From Macrostomum lignano (taxonomy: Eukaryota), in assembly GCA_002269645.1 (NCBI GenBank), contig NIVC01001975.1, positions 152,820 through 216,819 of the forward strand: DNA of 64,000 bases, in the 5' to 3' direction. Positions 24,779 to 44,862 of the stretch are shown here, one piece after another. The position numbers were made by a program, and so were the translations under genes. The notes beneath the pieces were generated by a model. The model was not told where the DNA came from and searched no databases. It was given only the letters and a program-made list of their open reading frames with translations. The first letter of the stretch is position 1. Each line of letters starts with the position of its first letter.

Positions 24779-25778
24779 TGAAAGCAAACTTCAGCAAGCA
24801 AAATTGATTGAGAGTACAATTAGTACCTAAATTAAATTTTATAAGCTCCTTATTGCAGTCGAGATGAGGCGTCGCGTGGATATAACAATTGTTCATTGTT
24901 CATTGTAATTTTTACCTTTGATAGATATAATATCAATTCGAACATTTTTATCAATACTACTTAAAGTAGCACATATTGATGCATCACAAAATTGGATTAA
25001 ATTTGGAAATATTGCTAATACTGCATTGTTATTACTGTAAGTCTACCATCAATACATTTATTTTTGCCACGCAACTTCCATTGGCAAAGCGGGAATAAGT
25101 GCAGACAGATTCCAAGCTAAATCAGTGCTGCGGTCCAGTTAGACAGGGCCACAGATACAAGAATAACTTGATGGGCCACTCATCACCTTTGCATGTAAGC
25201 TACTTTCAGTTCAGTAGTAAGTTAAACTGAAGCATCTTAATGTATTTTTAAAGCCAAGGCTCATTTATTGGCTCTTGCCCCCCAGCTAAAACCCTCTAAT
25301 TGCGCCTTTTTGTACAATAATACGTACCCCCGCCGCGCCCCAATTTTTATTGCCTTTCTTGGAATTCCAGCCTAAATCTGCCATGTACATTTCACTGGAC
25401 TGGCAAATGTACATTATTGCTGAACCAATTAGCAAGTTGTTTACGTCTGCAAGCTTGGGCTTCTTTCTAAACTTATCAAATTCATTTCAGCTGCCTTTAT
25501 TTTTATAAATTGCAATTTATAAAAATAATAAAAATAAATTTATAAAATTGCTTATGTATTCTTCTTTGCTACTGAACTGAAAGTAGAAAGCTGTTTTACA
25601 AAGCATATGCCTGAGTGGCCCATCTAGTTATTCTAGACTCTGTGGGCAGGGTTAAAAAAAATTGGTAGCTATTTTCCGTTGTTTGTCAGAGCAGTTTGCC
25701 AAATTATCTTGAATAGCATCGCAATCATTTTACTGACACCTTAGTCAATATTCGCTGTTCTGATCGACGCCCGAGGGC

Positions 25779-28069
25779 CTAAGCTGTCGACCCGCCGAGT
25801 CGCCGATATCCAGCTGAACCGTAGCTTCTGTCCTGGCTGCTAGCGCTTCCGTCGTTTCGATGACGCTTCGCGCAGATGCACAACAGGTAGATAACGATAG
25901 CCAGTCCGGCGCCAAGGGCTGCTCCACCGACGAAGGAGCCGGCGTCAAAGCTTGACACTGGCGACGGCGTAGTGGTGCTTGAGGTTGTCATCGTTGTTGT
26001 GACTTCACCACTCTCGGTGGTGGTGAAGTTGCCGCCCTCCTCGGTGGTGGTGAAGTTGCCGCCCTCCTCGGTGGTGGTGAAGTTGCCGCCTTCCTCGGTG
26101 GTGGTGAAGTTGCCGCCCTCATTGGTGGTGGTGAAGTTGCCACCCTCATTGGTGGTGGTGAAGTTGCCACCCTCATTGGTGGTGGTGAAGTTGCCGCCCT
26201 CCTCGGTGGTGGTGAAGTTGCCACCCTCATTGGTGGTGGTGAAGTTGCCGCCCTCCACGGCGGTGGTGAAGTTGCCGCCCTCATTGGTGGTGGTGAAGTT
26301 GCTGCCCTCCTCAGCGGTGGTGAAGTTGCCGCCCTCCTCGGCGTTGGTGAAGTTGCCGCCCTCCTCGGCGTTGGTGAAGTTGCCGCCCTCCTCGGCGTTG
26401 GTGAAGTTGCCGCCCTCCTCGGCGTTGGTGAAGTTGCCGCCCTCCTCGGCGTTGGTGAAGTTGCCGCCCTCCTCGGCGGCGGTGAAGTTGCCGCCCTCCT
26501 CGGCGGTGGTGAAGTTGCCGCCCTCATTGGTGGTGGTGAAGTTGCTGCCCTCCTCAGCGGTGGTGAAGTTGCTGCCCTCCTCAGCGGTGGTGAAGTTGCC
26601 GCCCTCCTCGGCGGTGGTGAAGTTGCCGCCCTCCTCAGCGGTGGTGAAGTTGCTGCCCTCCTCAGCGGTGGTGAAGTTGCCGCCCTCCTCGGCGGTGGTG
26701 AAGTTGCCGCCCTCCTCGGCGTTGGTGAAGTTGCCGCCCTCCTCGGCGGCGGTGAAGTTGCCGCCCTCGGTGGTGAAGGCGGAGGTTTTTGATACGCTGC
26801 TGTCAAGAACTTGTCGCGATTCCGTACTTACTGAAAAAACAGTTTTAGTCATTTTTTATCCAACAATGAAATTTAAAATAGTGTTTCTGAACCGCTGCAT
26901 TCACTCTACACCTCTCTGCACAAAGCACAGCGTTATCCAACTAACTCACACAACCCTCCCCCATTATCCAACCATTTCATACCACAAAGACCCCCATTAT
27001 TCATGCCATCTCACACTAAAAGTTTTTTCTTGGAAACACTCAACGTTGTCGACTTGGCACAAAGTCAAAGTTGAAAATTGAATCTGCCACTTAAATGCTT
27101 CTTGTCATAATAAAGTACAACTTCAGGCTGTCTGGCATAGATAAATAAAAGTGTGGAATAGCGCTTAATGCGTTTATTTAGTGTATACAGATACTGAGAT
27201 GCTTTAGTCAGATGCAGAGACCGCGGTAAATCTTCACCAAATACTATATATATTTAGAACGTTCGCAACTACTCGTATCTTGCCATGCATTTGCCTCCAT
27301 GCGCAGCGATAGTGTGTGGGGCTTCAAGGTCATCTTTATAGTTTACTGCAGTGTGTAGTAGGTGTAGGTGTGCAGAATACTGCTTGGTTAGATATATAGA
27401 TATAATATTAACTTACTAAACACATTTCTTGCCAGATTGCATGTCGAAACAGCGAACTACGTACTTACCATCTGTGATAAAAAATCTGATGTGCCTCTCT
27501 ACTGTAGGCTTATTTTTATCTGCCCACAGAATTCGCTCAATTCTAAAACATTCTTGTCATCCGGATATTTCTGATTTATGCATTCGTGAATTATTTATAA
27601 AAAAATGTCTTATTCAGTTTTGAGAAGATTTTGTCATTTCGGATTTACTGGCATTGAAAATCGACTAACATCGGCCATTCATTCCTTACTGTTTATGTGT
27701 TTGAAACGGCTATGGTACATATTTTGAGCGGATTTTATTGGTTTTTCCCGACTGTTTTCGTACAAGTTTTAAAATATATTTACAACATTCACAGATGATG
27801 CTATTTAAATCAATTTTTGGCTTTCAAATTTTTCTCCGTCTCTAAGAGAATTAATAATTTAACTCAACAAAGCTGGTAATAAACACATACACAAATAACA
27901 CATAATAGCATCCTAGATCTGGAATGTCGTAAAATCTTATTAAGCTTTAAGAAACGTAAACCGGTAATCTTACGAGTGAAATCTTCATAGAATGATTACT
28001 GACTGACTTACCTTGGCTAAATGCGCAAAATAGAAGCGAAAAAACGGTTAAAGTGATTCGAATTTTCAT
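25779..28069 (-). CDS. CD164/porimin-like sialomucin, paralogue B with 9-aa repeat stalk (exons 28012-28069 and 25779-26830; about 369 aa)
   Basis: Signal exon MKIRITLTVFSLLFCAFSQ|GTAAGT joins in phase 1 to VSTESRQ...; about 28 copies of EEGGNFT(T/N/A)x; FDAGSFVGGAALG transmembrane signature; YRRL motif. Confidence 0.85.
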
Positions 28070-29144
28070 TTTCAAAGTGATTTATTGTTTTAGATTGAGG
28101 TTTAAAAGGAATGCAACTAAATCAAATCACGTTAAGGCATATGCGGTGCGGTTAAATTAGACAATTGTTTAAATATCATTTTTATTAATAATTATGGTCT
28201 AGAACATTCAAACAATATCACGAAACATTTTTAAAGTAGACAGATAATTTCATCCTTGGAAAAAAACTTACTGTCTTATAGTTTTTAAATAAATAATTTT
28301 GGTTTTTTATTGTTTAGAATATTTTGTCGATTAAAAATGTTTGTTTCATTTTGACATGCATAGTGCATCCGCTTTTTCCCGTAGCTCATTGGTGGTATTA
28401 ATTTCAAACAGTTAGTGGTTGTTTTATTCCATTTTTAATACTCAGATTTCTAACCTGCATGAATAAATATCTTCTGTATTTTTTTAAAGAAGAATTACGT
28501 CTACGAGCCTAATTTGCAAAATTTCTGCCAACCACAATATATTCAGCTTATTAATGTAACTCATTTAACTAATGTAATTTCCTTTATTGTTTCGAATGTA
28601 TCAGACTTTAACTCTTCTTTGTTTAGAATTAGATGAACAAATTATTTTTTCGTAGTTATTTAATCTGGCCACTATTATGGAGATGTCTATTGTTCTGATA
28701 GATTTATTTTAAATATTTCTCATTGTAATTCTAGTAAACTATTAGTCTGGTTCCAGCATATGCATATGTTAATTATAGATTTATTAATTAGCTACAGATA
28801 TGTTACCTGTTTTTTCCTGACCCAATCAGATTAAATTTTATTAAAATTAATTAGGTAATAGAAAGGTTATCAGTAATATTAGTACAAAGAAACAGTTAGA
28901 GACTAAACATTATAATAATATATGCCAAAAATCAAAAACGTTTTGGTCACATTGAAAACGTGCACTGCAGTTCAACTAGTATTTTTAGATAAAAACTCAA
29001 AAAGTAAATACTGTAACAAGGACATATATTCTTAAACTTAGGTCTGAATTTTTTTACTTTTAGGTCCATTTTATCATGTTGATCAATTTAAGATAAGTTT
29101 TAACAGCAATGTACTATATAACACTCGAACCCAACTCAACAGCC

Positions 29145-36423
<7,279 letters not shown>

Positions 36424-37424
36424 TTTCGAATTTTCCATGACGTTCCACGAGGCTTCGTTTTCGCGGAATAGCATTCAATAGGACTTTGTTTAACTTTATG
36501 TGTACTACTCAACATATCGGCGTTGGGTGAAGCTTTCTTAAAAAATTTCACTTATCGAACATTCCTGGCTGACTGGGCGGCTGTTTAAGCAATTTCGAAT
36601 TTTGATGTTGCTTTTCATGTAGTGTTTGTTTATTTATGTTTGCGTCGCTTCCCGATCATAGACGACAATATCGATGTACTTTTACAGTCGATATTCCTTG
36701 ATTTCGTATTAAATTATCTATTTACAACTTTTTAACAACTTTGTCATTACATTGCCGCCTTTCTAAATCAATTTTTGCGGACAATTTTTATTGATTATTT
36801 TCCTGACTCCTAATCACATTTTGATGTTTTAAGTGTGCAATAACGATTTCTGCTGATTTTCCATGACTTATCAGTGTGCTCTGCGCTTCCCGCTTTTTCC
36901 GTCTATCAGTTTACAAATATATTGGACAATCTTTGTACATTTTTATTGATTTTTTGCAACTCTGATTTACTTTGAAGTTCATTTTCACTGTAATTATACA
37001 CGTGTTATTGAAATTAATTACTTTATTAATAAAATTAGCTAATTAACATATCATTAGCCGCGGTCTCGAAAGCATTTAGCGATAGATTTTCAGCATATTT
37101 GCAACAAAAAATTTATGCATAAGATAATATTATTGCATTTTTGAAAACAATGGATTATAACGCATTTAATACGCAGTTTCTGACAGTTGGATATCTATCG
37201 AGGATTTTCCAGGGGACTCCTGAAGTTCTGAAATTCTGAGGCGAATTTTTTTGCGATTTAAATTTTAAAAAGCCTCTATGTGCGCACTTACATGTAACTA
37301 CTTAACCTGACGAGCGCGCGAGTAGTATCTGAATCGGGAACTCGATAAATGTTGTGCCTAAAAAGTTACTCTGATAGTTAAACAAAATTTCAGCGCGAAT
37401 TTGAATTGCAAATCTGGGGGAAGG

Positions 37425-37982
37425 CCCCTCGATCCCAAGAGCGTCTGTGTTTCTCAGAAAGAAGAATTTAGCCACCCGCTGGGGGAATCCCCTTCGATCC
37501 CAAGAGCGTCTGTGTTTCTCCGAAAGAAGAATTTAGCCACCCGCTGGGGGAATCCCCTTCGATCCCAGAGCGTCTGTGTTTCTCAGAAAGAAGAATTTAG
37601 CCACCCGCTGGGGGAATCCCCTTTGATCCCAAGAGCGTCTGTGTTTCTCAGAAAGAAGAATTTAGCCACCCGCTGGGGGAATCCCCTTTGATCCCAAGAG
37701 CGTCTGTGTTTCTCAGAAAGAAGAATTTAGCCACCCGCTGGGGGAATCCCCTTCGATCCCAGAGCGTCTGTGTTTCTCAGAAAGAAGAATTTAGCCACCC
37801 GCTGGGGGAATCCCCTTTGATCCCAGAGCGTCTGTGTTTCTCAGAAAGAAGAATTTAGCCACCCGCTGGGGGAATCCCCTTTGATCCCAGAGCGTCTGTG
37901 TTTCTCAGAAAGAAGAATTTAGCCACCCGCTGGGGGAATCCCCTTTGATCCCAGAGCGTCTGTGTTTCTCAGAAAGAAGAAT
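37425..37982. repeat. 64/65-bp tandem repeat, about 8.5 copies
   Basis: Unit GATCCCA(A)GAGCGTCTGTGTTTCTCAGAAAGAAGAATTTAGCCACCCGCTGGGGGAATCCCCTTY, head-to-tail with no spacers. Confidence 0.95.
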
Positions 37983-38080
37983 TCAACCGCAGAAAAAATA
38001 AATACAATCAAGCAGCAATGTTTTGGTTAAATATTTTTTGAGTTCGTCTTCCACTGCCGGGTTTGGCCTCCCACGGGTGC

Positions 38081-39358
38081 TCAGCTGCTCGACTCGCCGC
38101 CGCTGCCGCCGCCAACGCCCATGATCTTGGCGAACTCGCTGAAGCTCACCTGGCCATCTCGGTCAGTGTCCGCCTCGCCGATCATCGCCTCGACCTCCTC
38201 CATGGTGAGTCGCTCGCCCAGGTTCTGCATCACCTGGTGCAACTCGGTGGCGCTAAGGAAGCCGTCTCCGTCTGCGTCGAACAGGCGGAAAGCCCGACGC
38301 ACCTCCTCCTCGGAGTCTGCGCTGTTCATCTGCTTCTTCATCATCTCCAGGAACTCGTCGAACTCGATGCTGCCGGAGCCGTCCTGGTCCACCTCCTTGA
38401 TCATCTCCTGGGGTGCCCGGGGTGGTGACGGTGAAGAGTCTTGGCGAAATGAATTTTTCATGAAACCAAATGGATGAAGCAGCGAGAGGTTTTGGAAAGC
38501 AGAGAGAGGCTGGGAGCAATCCGGAAATGCAACTCCCCTGAATGTAATTTCGGGCTGCGATGAAAGCAGGATGCTGACCTGGAAATTGAAAATGGGCACA
38601 AGAAACAAAAGCACCCGGTGACCGACAACTTCAGGGAAATTGCAAGCTCGACAGGTTGTTAATTTATCATCCGGAGGAAATGCCATTGAAATGATTTTAA
38701 ATATTCAAATAGTGGCTGTCGCACTTGACTGTATGACCAATTCCCCAATAACCGATTCTATAATCGCCAATTCCCGAATGTCCCAAATGACCTATTCTTC
38801 AATGACCGATTCCCCAATGACCAAATTTCGGAATGACTATTCCCCAATGACCAATTCTATAATCGACAATTCCCGAATGACCAATTCTCAAATGACCAAT
38901 TCTTTAATGACCAATATCCCAATGACCAATTCTCCAATGACCGATTCCCTAAAGACCAAATTTCAAAATGAACAATTCCCCAATGACCAATTCTATAATG
39001 ACCAATTCCTCAATGACCAATTCTTTAATGACCAATACCCCAAGATGTATTTTTCCAATGACCAAATTCTCCAATGACCAATTCTTTAATGACCAATTCT
39101 TTAATGACCAATTTTCAATGATTCATTCTCCAATTACCCATCGCCTTTGGTGATACCTGATTCTCGAATCCCACATCTCAATCGCGCGCTCACCTTGAGC
39201 TCCTCCTGCGACGGATTCTGCCCCAGAGCCCGCATCACGGAGGCCAACTCTTTGTTCGTGATTGTGCCGTCGCCGTCTTTGTCAAACAGCGAGAACGCTT
39301 CTCTGAATTCTTCGATCTGCTCCTCCGTCAGGCCGTCCTCTGGCTTGTCCGTCGACAT
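38081..39358 (-). CDS. Calmodulin-like four-EF-hand protein (exons 39194-39358 and 38081-38407; 163 aa)
   Basis: EF loops [48 protein letters not shown]; phase-0 GT-AG intron. Too divergent to be canonical calmodulin. Confidence 0.92.
38730..39125. repeat. Degenerate 15-bp satellite CCAATGACCAATTCT in the calmodulin-like intron
   Basis: AATGACC core recurring at about 15-nt period. Confidence 0.85.
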
Positions 39359-40664
39359 CTGCTTTCAGGCGGAGCCGTGGAAATCTCTGCTATCTGGTCG
39401 GATGCTATCGGATCCCGGAAGGTAAGGTGTGCCGGCACACCTGGTTGACAACAAAATTCGACAAAGATAAGTTTCAGTCTGCTTCTAGAAGGCAGGGGGA
39501 AGGGGGTAAAATGATTGCGATTACTCACGATTGCCGAGCTCAGTCAAGATTGCAAATGCAGAAGAACGACCCGAAGGAACTTAGTTTTCCAGCTTCACCT
39601 TCCCTCCCTCTCTCTCTCTCTCTCCTTTACAAACACTTTCACTGTCTCTGCCTGACTGTCCTCCTCAGCTCGGGTGGGTGGCTGCCACAGGCAGGCGGGC
39701 GGAGCAGCGGCCCCGAACCAGCTGGATGCGGGAGGCCCGCTAGGTGATGAGGAATGAGAAGGAGAACGGCCTGGCTTGGAGGCTGAGCGGCGAGGCGGGC
39801 GGTCGGGTGGGGCAGAGGAAACGGCCGAGGAGCAGAGAGTGGGGGAGGGGGTTGTGGGGTGCGGGTTAGACAAGAGACTGAGACGAAGGCAGAATGCCGC
39901 TGGCTGCTGGGGGCAGGCATGGTGTTCTCTTCTCCATCTGGCAGTCCGCTCTCCCTGCCCCTCAGCCGGTATCTCAGCACTCGCTCGTCCAAAGTAATCT
40001 GGGGAGGGGGAGGCAACGGGATGCTTCGGATTGAGCGGCCCTCCCTCCTCACTCTCCCCCATCTCTGCCTCTGCCTGTGCGCTACTTTCATCCCAGCCAA
40101 CTCAAGGCCAACAAGCTCAAGCCATGGATTCTAGCTGATCCACCTTTGTGCGGCTTGTGCGCATCCCCAAACTAATCCGCTTCATCCCCCCCATCCCACT
40201 CCAGTCTCACTGTCTGCCGGTTTTTCCCCAGCTTCCTCCCTCCTGTTGATGGGGAAGGGAGATCCAACGGGGATGCGCCACATTCGATATGCAAGCCCCT
40301 CTCCCCCAGCTCTTCTCTCTTTCTCCTTGCCAAACTGGAAGTCTAAATAGCAAACAGATTCGCCAAACCCGAGTGCTAATAAGGTAGTGGATGCCGGGCA
40401 GGCCTGGCTGAGTCCGGAGACCTGGAGGGTGGCGGGTTGGTTGGGCAGAGACGGAGGAGATGATTTGCATCAGGTTTCTGTCGGGTCTGCTGTGTCCAGC
40501 TGCGCTAATTAGCCAGCAGGAGCTGTGCTGCTGTCAGAGCCTGCGGTCAGGAATGAGAACACTGTAGCTTAGTGGAGTTGCGAAGCGGGAGTCTGAGGGA
40601 CATGTTGACAAAGGATTAACTCGCTGAGTACTGGCTCGGGTGCTGAATAATTGTGTTGACCTCA

Positions 40665-41108
40665 TGAGTTCACGAGTTTATAAGTTTATGAGTTCACGAA
40701 TTCACGAGTTCACGAGTTCACGAGTTCACGAGTTCACGAGTTCACGAGTTCACGAGTTCACGAGTTCACGAGTTCACGAGTTCACGAGTTCACGAGTTCA
40801 CGAGTTCACGAGTTTATAAGTTTGTGAGTTCACGAGTTTACGAGTTCACGAGTTCACGAGTGAGTGAGTGAGTGAGTGAGTGAGTGAGTGAGTGAGTGAG
40901 TGAGTGAGTGAGTGAGTGAGTGAGTGAGTGAGTGAGTGAGTGAGTGAGTGAGTGAGTGAGTGAGTGAGTGAGTGAGTGAGTGAGTGAGTGAGTGAGTGAG
41001 TGAGTGAGTGAGTGAGTGAGTGAGTGAGTGAGTGAGTGAGTGAGTGAGTGAGTGAGTGAGTGAGTGAGTGAGTGAGTGAGTGAGTGAGTGAGTGAGTGAG
41101 TGAGTGAA
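40665..41108. repeat. (GAGTTCAC)n followed by (GAGT)n
   Basis: Direct inspection; the switch is at about 40860. Confidence 0.97.
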
Positions 41109-41524
41109 TAATTCCATAGCATAATTGATGAGTAGAAGCGCATGCAAACGAATATTGCAAACAAACTCTCTATGAGCATGAATTGTGGGGTCACGTGAGT
41201 CCCATGAGGACTGTCGGATGCAACAGCGCATGGCACCGCATAGGGCGACAGAGACGACGTTGCTAGTAACGAAACACGAAATGTGCCTCATGTGATGTCG
41301 GATGTGAATTCGGTGCTGCCGATCCCATCAAAAAGCTGATGATAGTTGAGGAACTCCGGCAGCGAATGTAAGGAATAATAGGTCTCTGGGGGATTTTAAT
41401 GTATTTACTATGGAACTGGCCTGGCGCTGATGTGTACTCTTGCCACATGTACAGTAAATGTACTTTACAAAATTTTAAAGTTGTTAAAAAACGATGAAAT
41501 TCCGTATAACGTCTTTAAACTCTT

Positions 41525-42575
41525 CAATGACCCACTCCAAAATGACCCACTTCACAATGACCCACTCCAAAATGACCCACTCCAAAATGACCCACTCCTA
41601 AATGACCCACTCCAAAATGACCCACTCCAAAATGACCCACTCCAAAATGACCCACTCCAAAATGACCCACTCCCCAATGACCCACTCCAAAATGACCCAC
41701 TCCAAAATGACCCACTCCCCAATGACCCACTCCCCAATGACCCACTCCCCAATGACCCACTCCAAAATGACCCACTCCAAAATGACCCACTCCTAAATGA
41801 CCCACTCCAAAATGACCCACTCCCCAATGACCCACTCCCCAATGACCCACTCACCAATGACCCACTCCAAAATGATCCACTCCAAAATGACCCACACTCC
41901 TAAATGACCCACTCCTAAATGACCCACTCCTAAATGACCCACTCCAAAATGACCCACTCCAAAATGACCCACTCCTAAATGACCCACTCCAAAATGACCC
42001 ACTCCAAAATGACCCACTCCAAAATGACCCACTCCCCAATGACCCACTCCAAAATGACCCACTCCAAAATGACCCACTCCAAAATGACCCACTCCAAAAT
42101 GACCCACTCCAAAATGACCCACTCCAAAATGACCCACTCCAAAATGACCCACTCCCCAATGACCCACTCCCCAATGAACCACTCACCAATGACGCACTCC
42201 CAAATGACCTACTCCACAATAACCCTCATCCCAATGACCCACTCCCCAATGACCCACTCCCCAATGACCCACTCCCCAATGACCCACTCCCCAATGACCC
42301 ACTCCCTAATGACCCACTCCCCAATGACCCACTCCCCAATGACCCACTCCCCAATGACCCACTCCCCAATGAACCACTCCCCAATGACCCACTCCCTAAT
42401 GACCCACTCCCCAATGACCCACTCCCCAATGACCCACTCCCCAATGACCCACTCCCCAATGAACCACTCCCCAATGACCCACTTCCCAATGACCCACTCC
42501 CCAATGACCCACATCCCTATTACCCACTCCCCAATGACCCACTCCCCAATGACTTACTCCCCAATGACCCACTCC
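41525..42575. repeat. 15-bp minisatellite AATGACCCACTCC(AA/CC)
   Basis: About 70 tandem copies. Confidence 0.97.
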
Positions 42576-43332
42576 CGTACAGTGGTCCTGACTTTTGCAT
42601 CGGCAGGACTTATAAATGTACTCGCTCACACGCAAAATCCAAATTTTTATTGCAAAATACTGCGAAACCCGTCCATATTGCAAATGTTTATTGCAAAATC
42701 CTGTGTCGACAGTACATAAAAATTTGTTAGAAAAATGGTTAGCTCTTTGGCTTTCCACTACCTCCTACTTGTTAGTAGAGTAAAGTGCGACTGATAATAC
42801 CAAATAGAATACTAAGTAGAAAAATACTATTTTACTTGAAGTTTTTTGTCCTGAAAATTCCAACATCAAGCAGAAACAAAAAGGGATGCCTGTTTGTGGG
42901 ATGAGATGGGAGTTGTTGGTAGGAAAAATATCATAGGGAGAGTTAGGGTTAGGGTTAGAGTAAGGCCATGGCTTAGGTGAGTTGCTGAGATGCTATGGCT
43001 CACGGGGAGGATTGCTGAGGCTCAAAGGGGTGCTGATGTCTTTCAGGGCTGACGCTCTTTTGCTTTTAACATCATAATCCCAAAGAAACTGTACCAGGCT
43101 TTCTACGAGTATTGTTAATCGAAAATTTCTATTTCATTTAAAGGGGGGCGATGATTGCTAGTAATGCTAGCAATGGTACTATAGCGATAATATGTTATTA
43201 TGCTCAAGAAGATTCTAAAAGCAATAGTTGCTTTTCGTCTTTGCATCTTAGGGGTAAAGAGAGAGAGAGAGAGAGAGACAGACAGAGGTGGGAACAACCA
43301 GATGGAAGCAAAAGCAAGGAAATTCTTCTCAC

Positions 43333-43543
43333 GCCAGCCAGTTCCCCGTAGCTGAGCTTCCACTCGAACAAGGCGTTGTCAACCGTAGCCTCCCACGCCT
43401 TTGTTTGCCTTCGCAATCGATTTTCCGTGTCCTGCTCGCCCTGCTCAGGCTGAGAACGGATGCGGCAGCAAGGATGAAGAATGAAAGCTCCGTAAGTCTG
43501 TCTCCGCAGCTCTCAACTTATTTGCACCGCCCTTGCTTCTCTT
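43333..43543 (-). CDS. Possible host exon (…LRRQTKAWEATVDNALFEWKLSYGELAG), gene unknown
   Basis: Protein-like frame ending at a GTGAGA donor; the acceptor and frame at the 5' side do not resolve cleanly. Confidence 0.3.
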
Positions 43544-43664
43544 CTAGAGGAAAATTGAAACTGGAGCTGTCTCGGAAAACCTAGCTGCCTTTCCTTTTCT
43601 CCATGGACTTTTAAAACAATAAGCACCTGGACAGGAGGTTATCCGATGCCCGCGGGTCGCTTTG

Positions 43665-44190
43665 CCAAGCTCAAAACTTCACAAAATGAAAAGTTCACAA
43701 AATCAAAAATTCCCTAAATCAAAACTTCCAGCTCAAAATCAAAACTCCACAAAATCAAAATTTCACAAAATCAAAACTCCGCAAAATCAAAACTCCACAA
43801 AATCAAAACTCAACAAAATCAAAACTTCACAAAATCAAAACTCCACAAAATCAAAACTCAACAAAATCAAAACTTCACAAAATCAAAACTTCACAAAATC
43901 ACAACTTCAAAAGCTCAAAACTTTACAAAATCAAAACTCAAGAAAATCAAAACTTCACAAAATCAAAACTTCACAAAATCACAACTTCAAAAGCTCAAAA
44001 CTTCACAAAATCAAAATTTCACAAAATCAAAACTTCACAAAATCAAAACTCCACAAAATCAAAACTTCACAAAATCAAAACTCCGCAAAATCAAAAATCA
44101 AAACTTCACAAAATCAAAACTTCAAAAGCTCAAAACTTCACAAAATCAAAACTCAACAAAATCAAAACTTCACAAAATTGAAAACTTAAA
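43665..44190. repeat. 16-bp A-rich minisatellite AAAATCAAAACTTCAC
   Basis: About 30 tandem copies ending about 90 bp left of the Maverick. Confidence 0.95.
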
Positions 44191-44279
44191 ATCAAGTTTT
44201 GATAATCAAATCAATACTTCACCAGTCCTTGACTCTTTGACTCAGATTCGCTTTCAGAACAACATTGGCCGAGCATGTT

Positions 44280-44470
44280 AGTAGTAGATAAAAATCGGAC
44301 ACGGAGGGTTTTTTTAAATACGAAAAATGTATGGTTGGTACATGGGCAATATACATGGGAGATAGCCGAAACTTCGGACAAATTTTCAACCCTCTCCCGA
44401 TAGCAACTGGGGCGCAATTTTCCTCTCTTCCACAAAGCGCAGACCTCCAGTTTTTCTTTCCCTCGCCGCC
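44280..44470 (+). repeat. Left terminal inverted repeat
   Basis: Reverse complement of 61543-61734; first 68 bp identical, then about 10 differences. Confidence 0.95.
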
Positions 44471-44521
44471 GACGCTAGTTGTTAAATTTCTAAAACAACT
44501 GTTCGTAAAGATAAATTGCCT

Positions 44522-44700
44522 CCAAATCGTTCCAAATCGAAATTCCAGGTAAAGCATGCCACAGAACACAATGTCCAATCAAAAGGTCAGGAAGATAAAA
44601 CTGACAACTTTTAAGTGAAACAGCTGGCCCCAAATCGCTCCAGATCGAAATGTCAGGGAAAGCAAGCCCCAGAACGCAATGTTCAATCAAAAGGTCAGGA
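44522..44700. repeat. Subterminal imperfect direct repeat (two ~71-bp copies, 108-bp period)
   Basis: CCAAATCG(T/C)TCCA(A/G)ATCGAAAT...CAATCAAAAGGTCAGGA at 44522 and 44630. Confidence 0.8.
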
Positions 44701-44862
44701 TGTTTGAACTTACAGCTTGATATGGCTTAAAAGCGTTTCGGGAGAAGTAAAGAATTCAGACGATTTGGGTGAACTATCCGGAAACCTTTTCAAAAAACAG
44801 TATATAAGGAAGTGGTGTTTTAGAATCTTCCGGAGCAGACCGAGGGAGACTAACCGACCATC

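Noticed and set aside
23848-24787. Repeat ORFs on both strands (QASFGWQTST, MLVEVCQPK)
   Set aside because: The 28-bp unit is not a multiple of 3 and cycles through frames; non-coding minisatellite.
37425-37982. CRISPR-like array
   Set aside because: Units are head-to-tail with no unique spacers, and the context is eukaryotic with no cas genes.
39595-40470. Overlapping GC-rich ORFs upstream of the calmodulin-like gene
   Set aside because: Low-complexity P/S/R/G translations in several frames with no domain or consistent splice signals.
41430-44189. NDPLQ, MTHSP, GVGHW and KSQN-rich ORFs
   Set aside because: Products of 15- and 16-bp satellites lacking stops by chance; no splice or start context.
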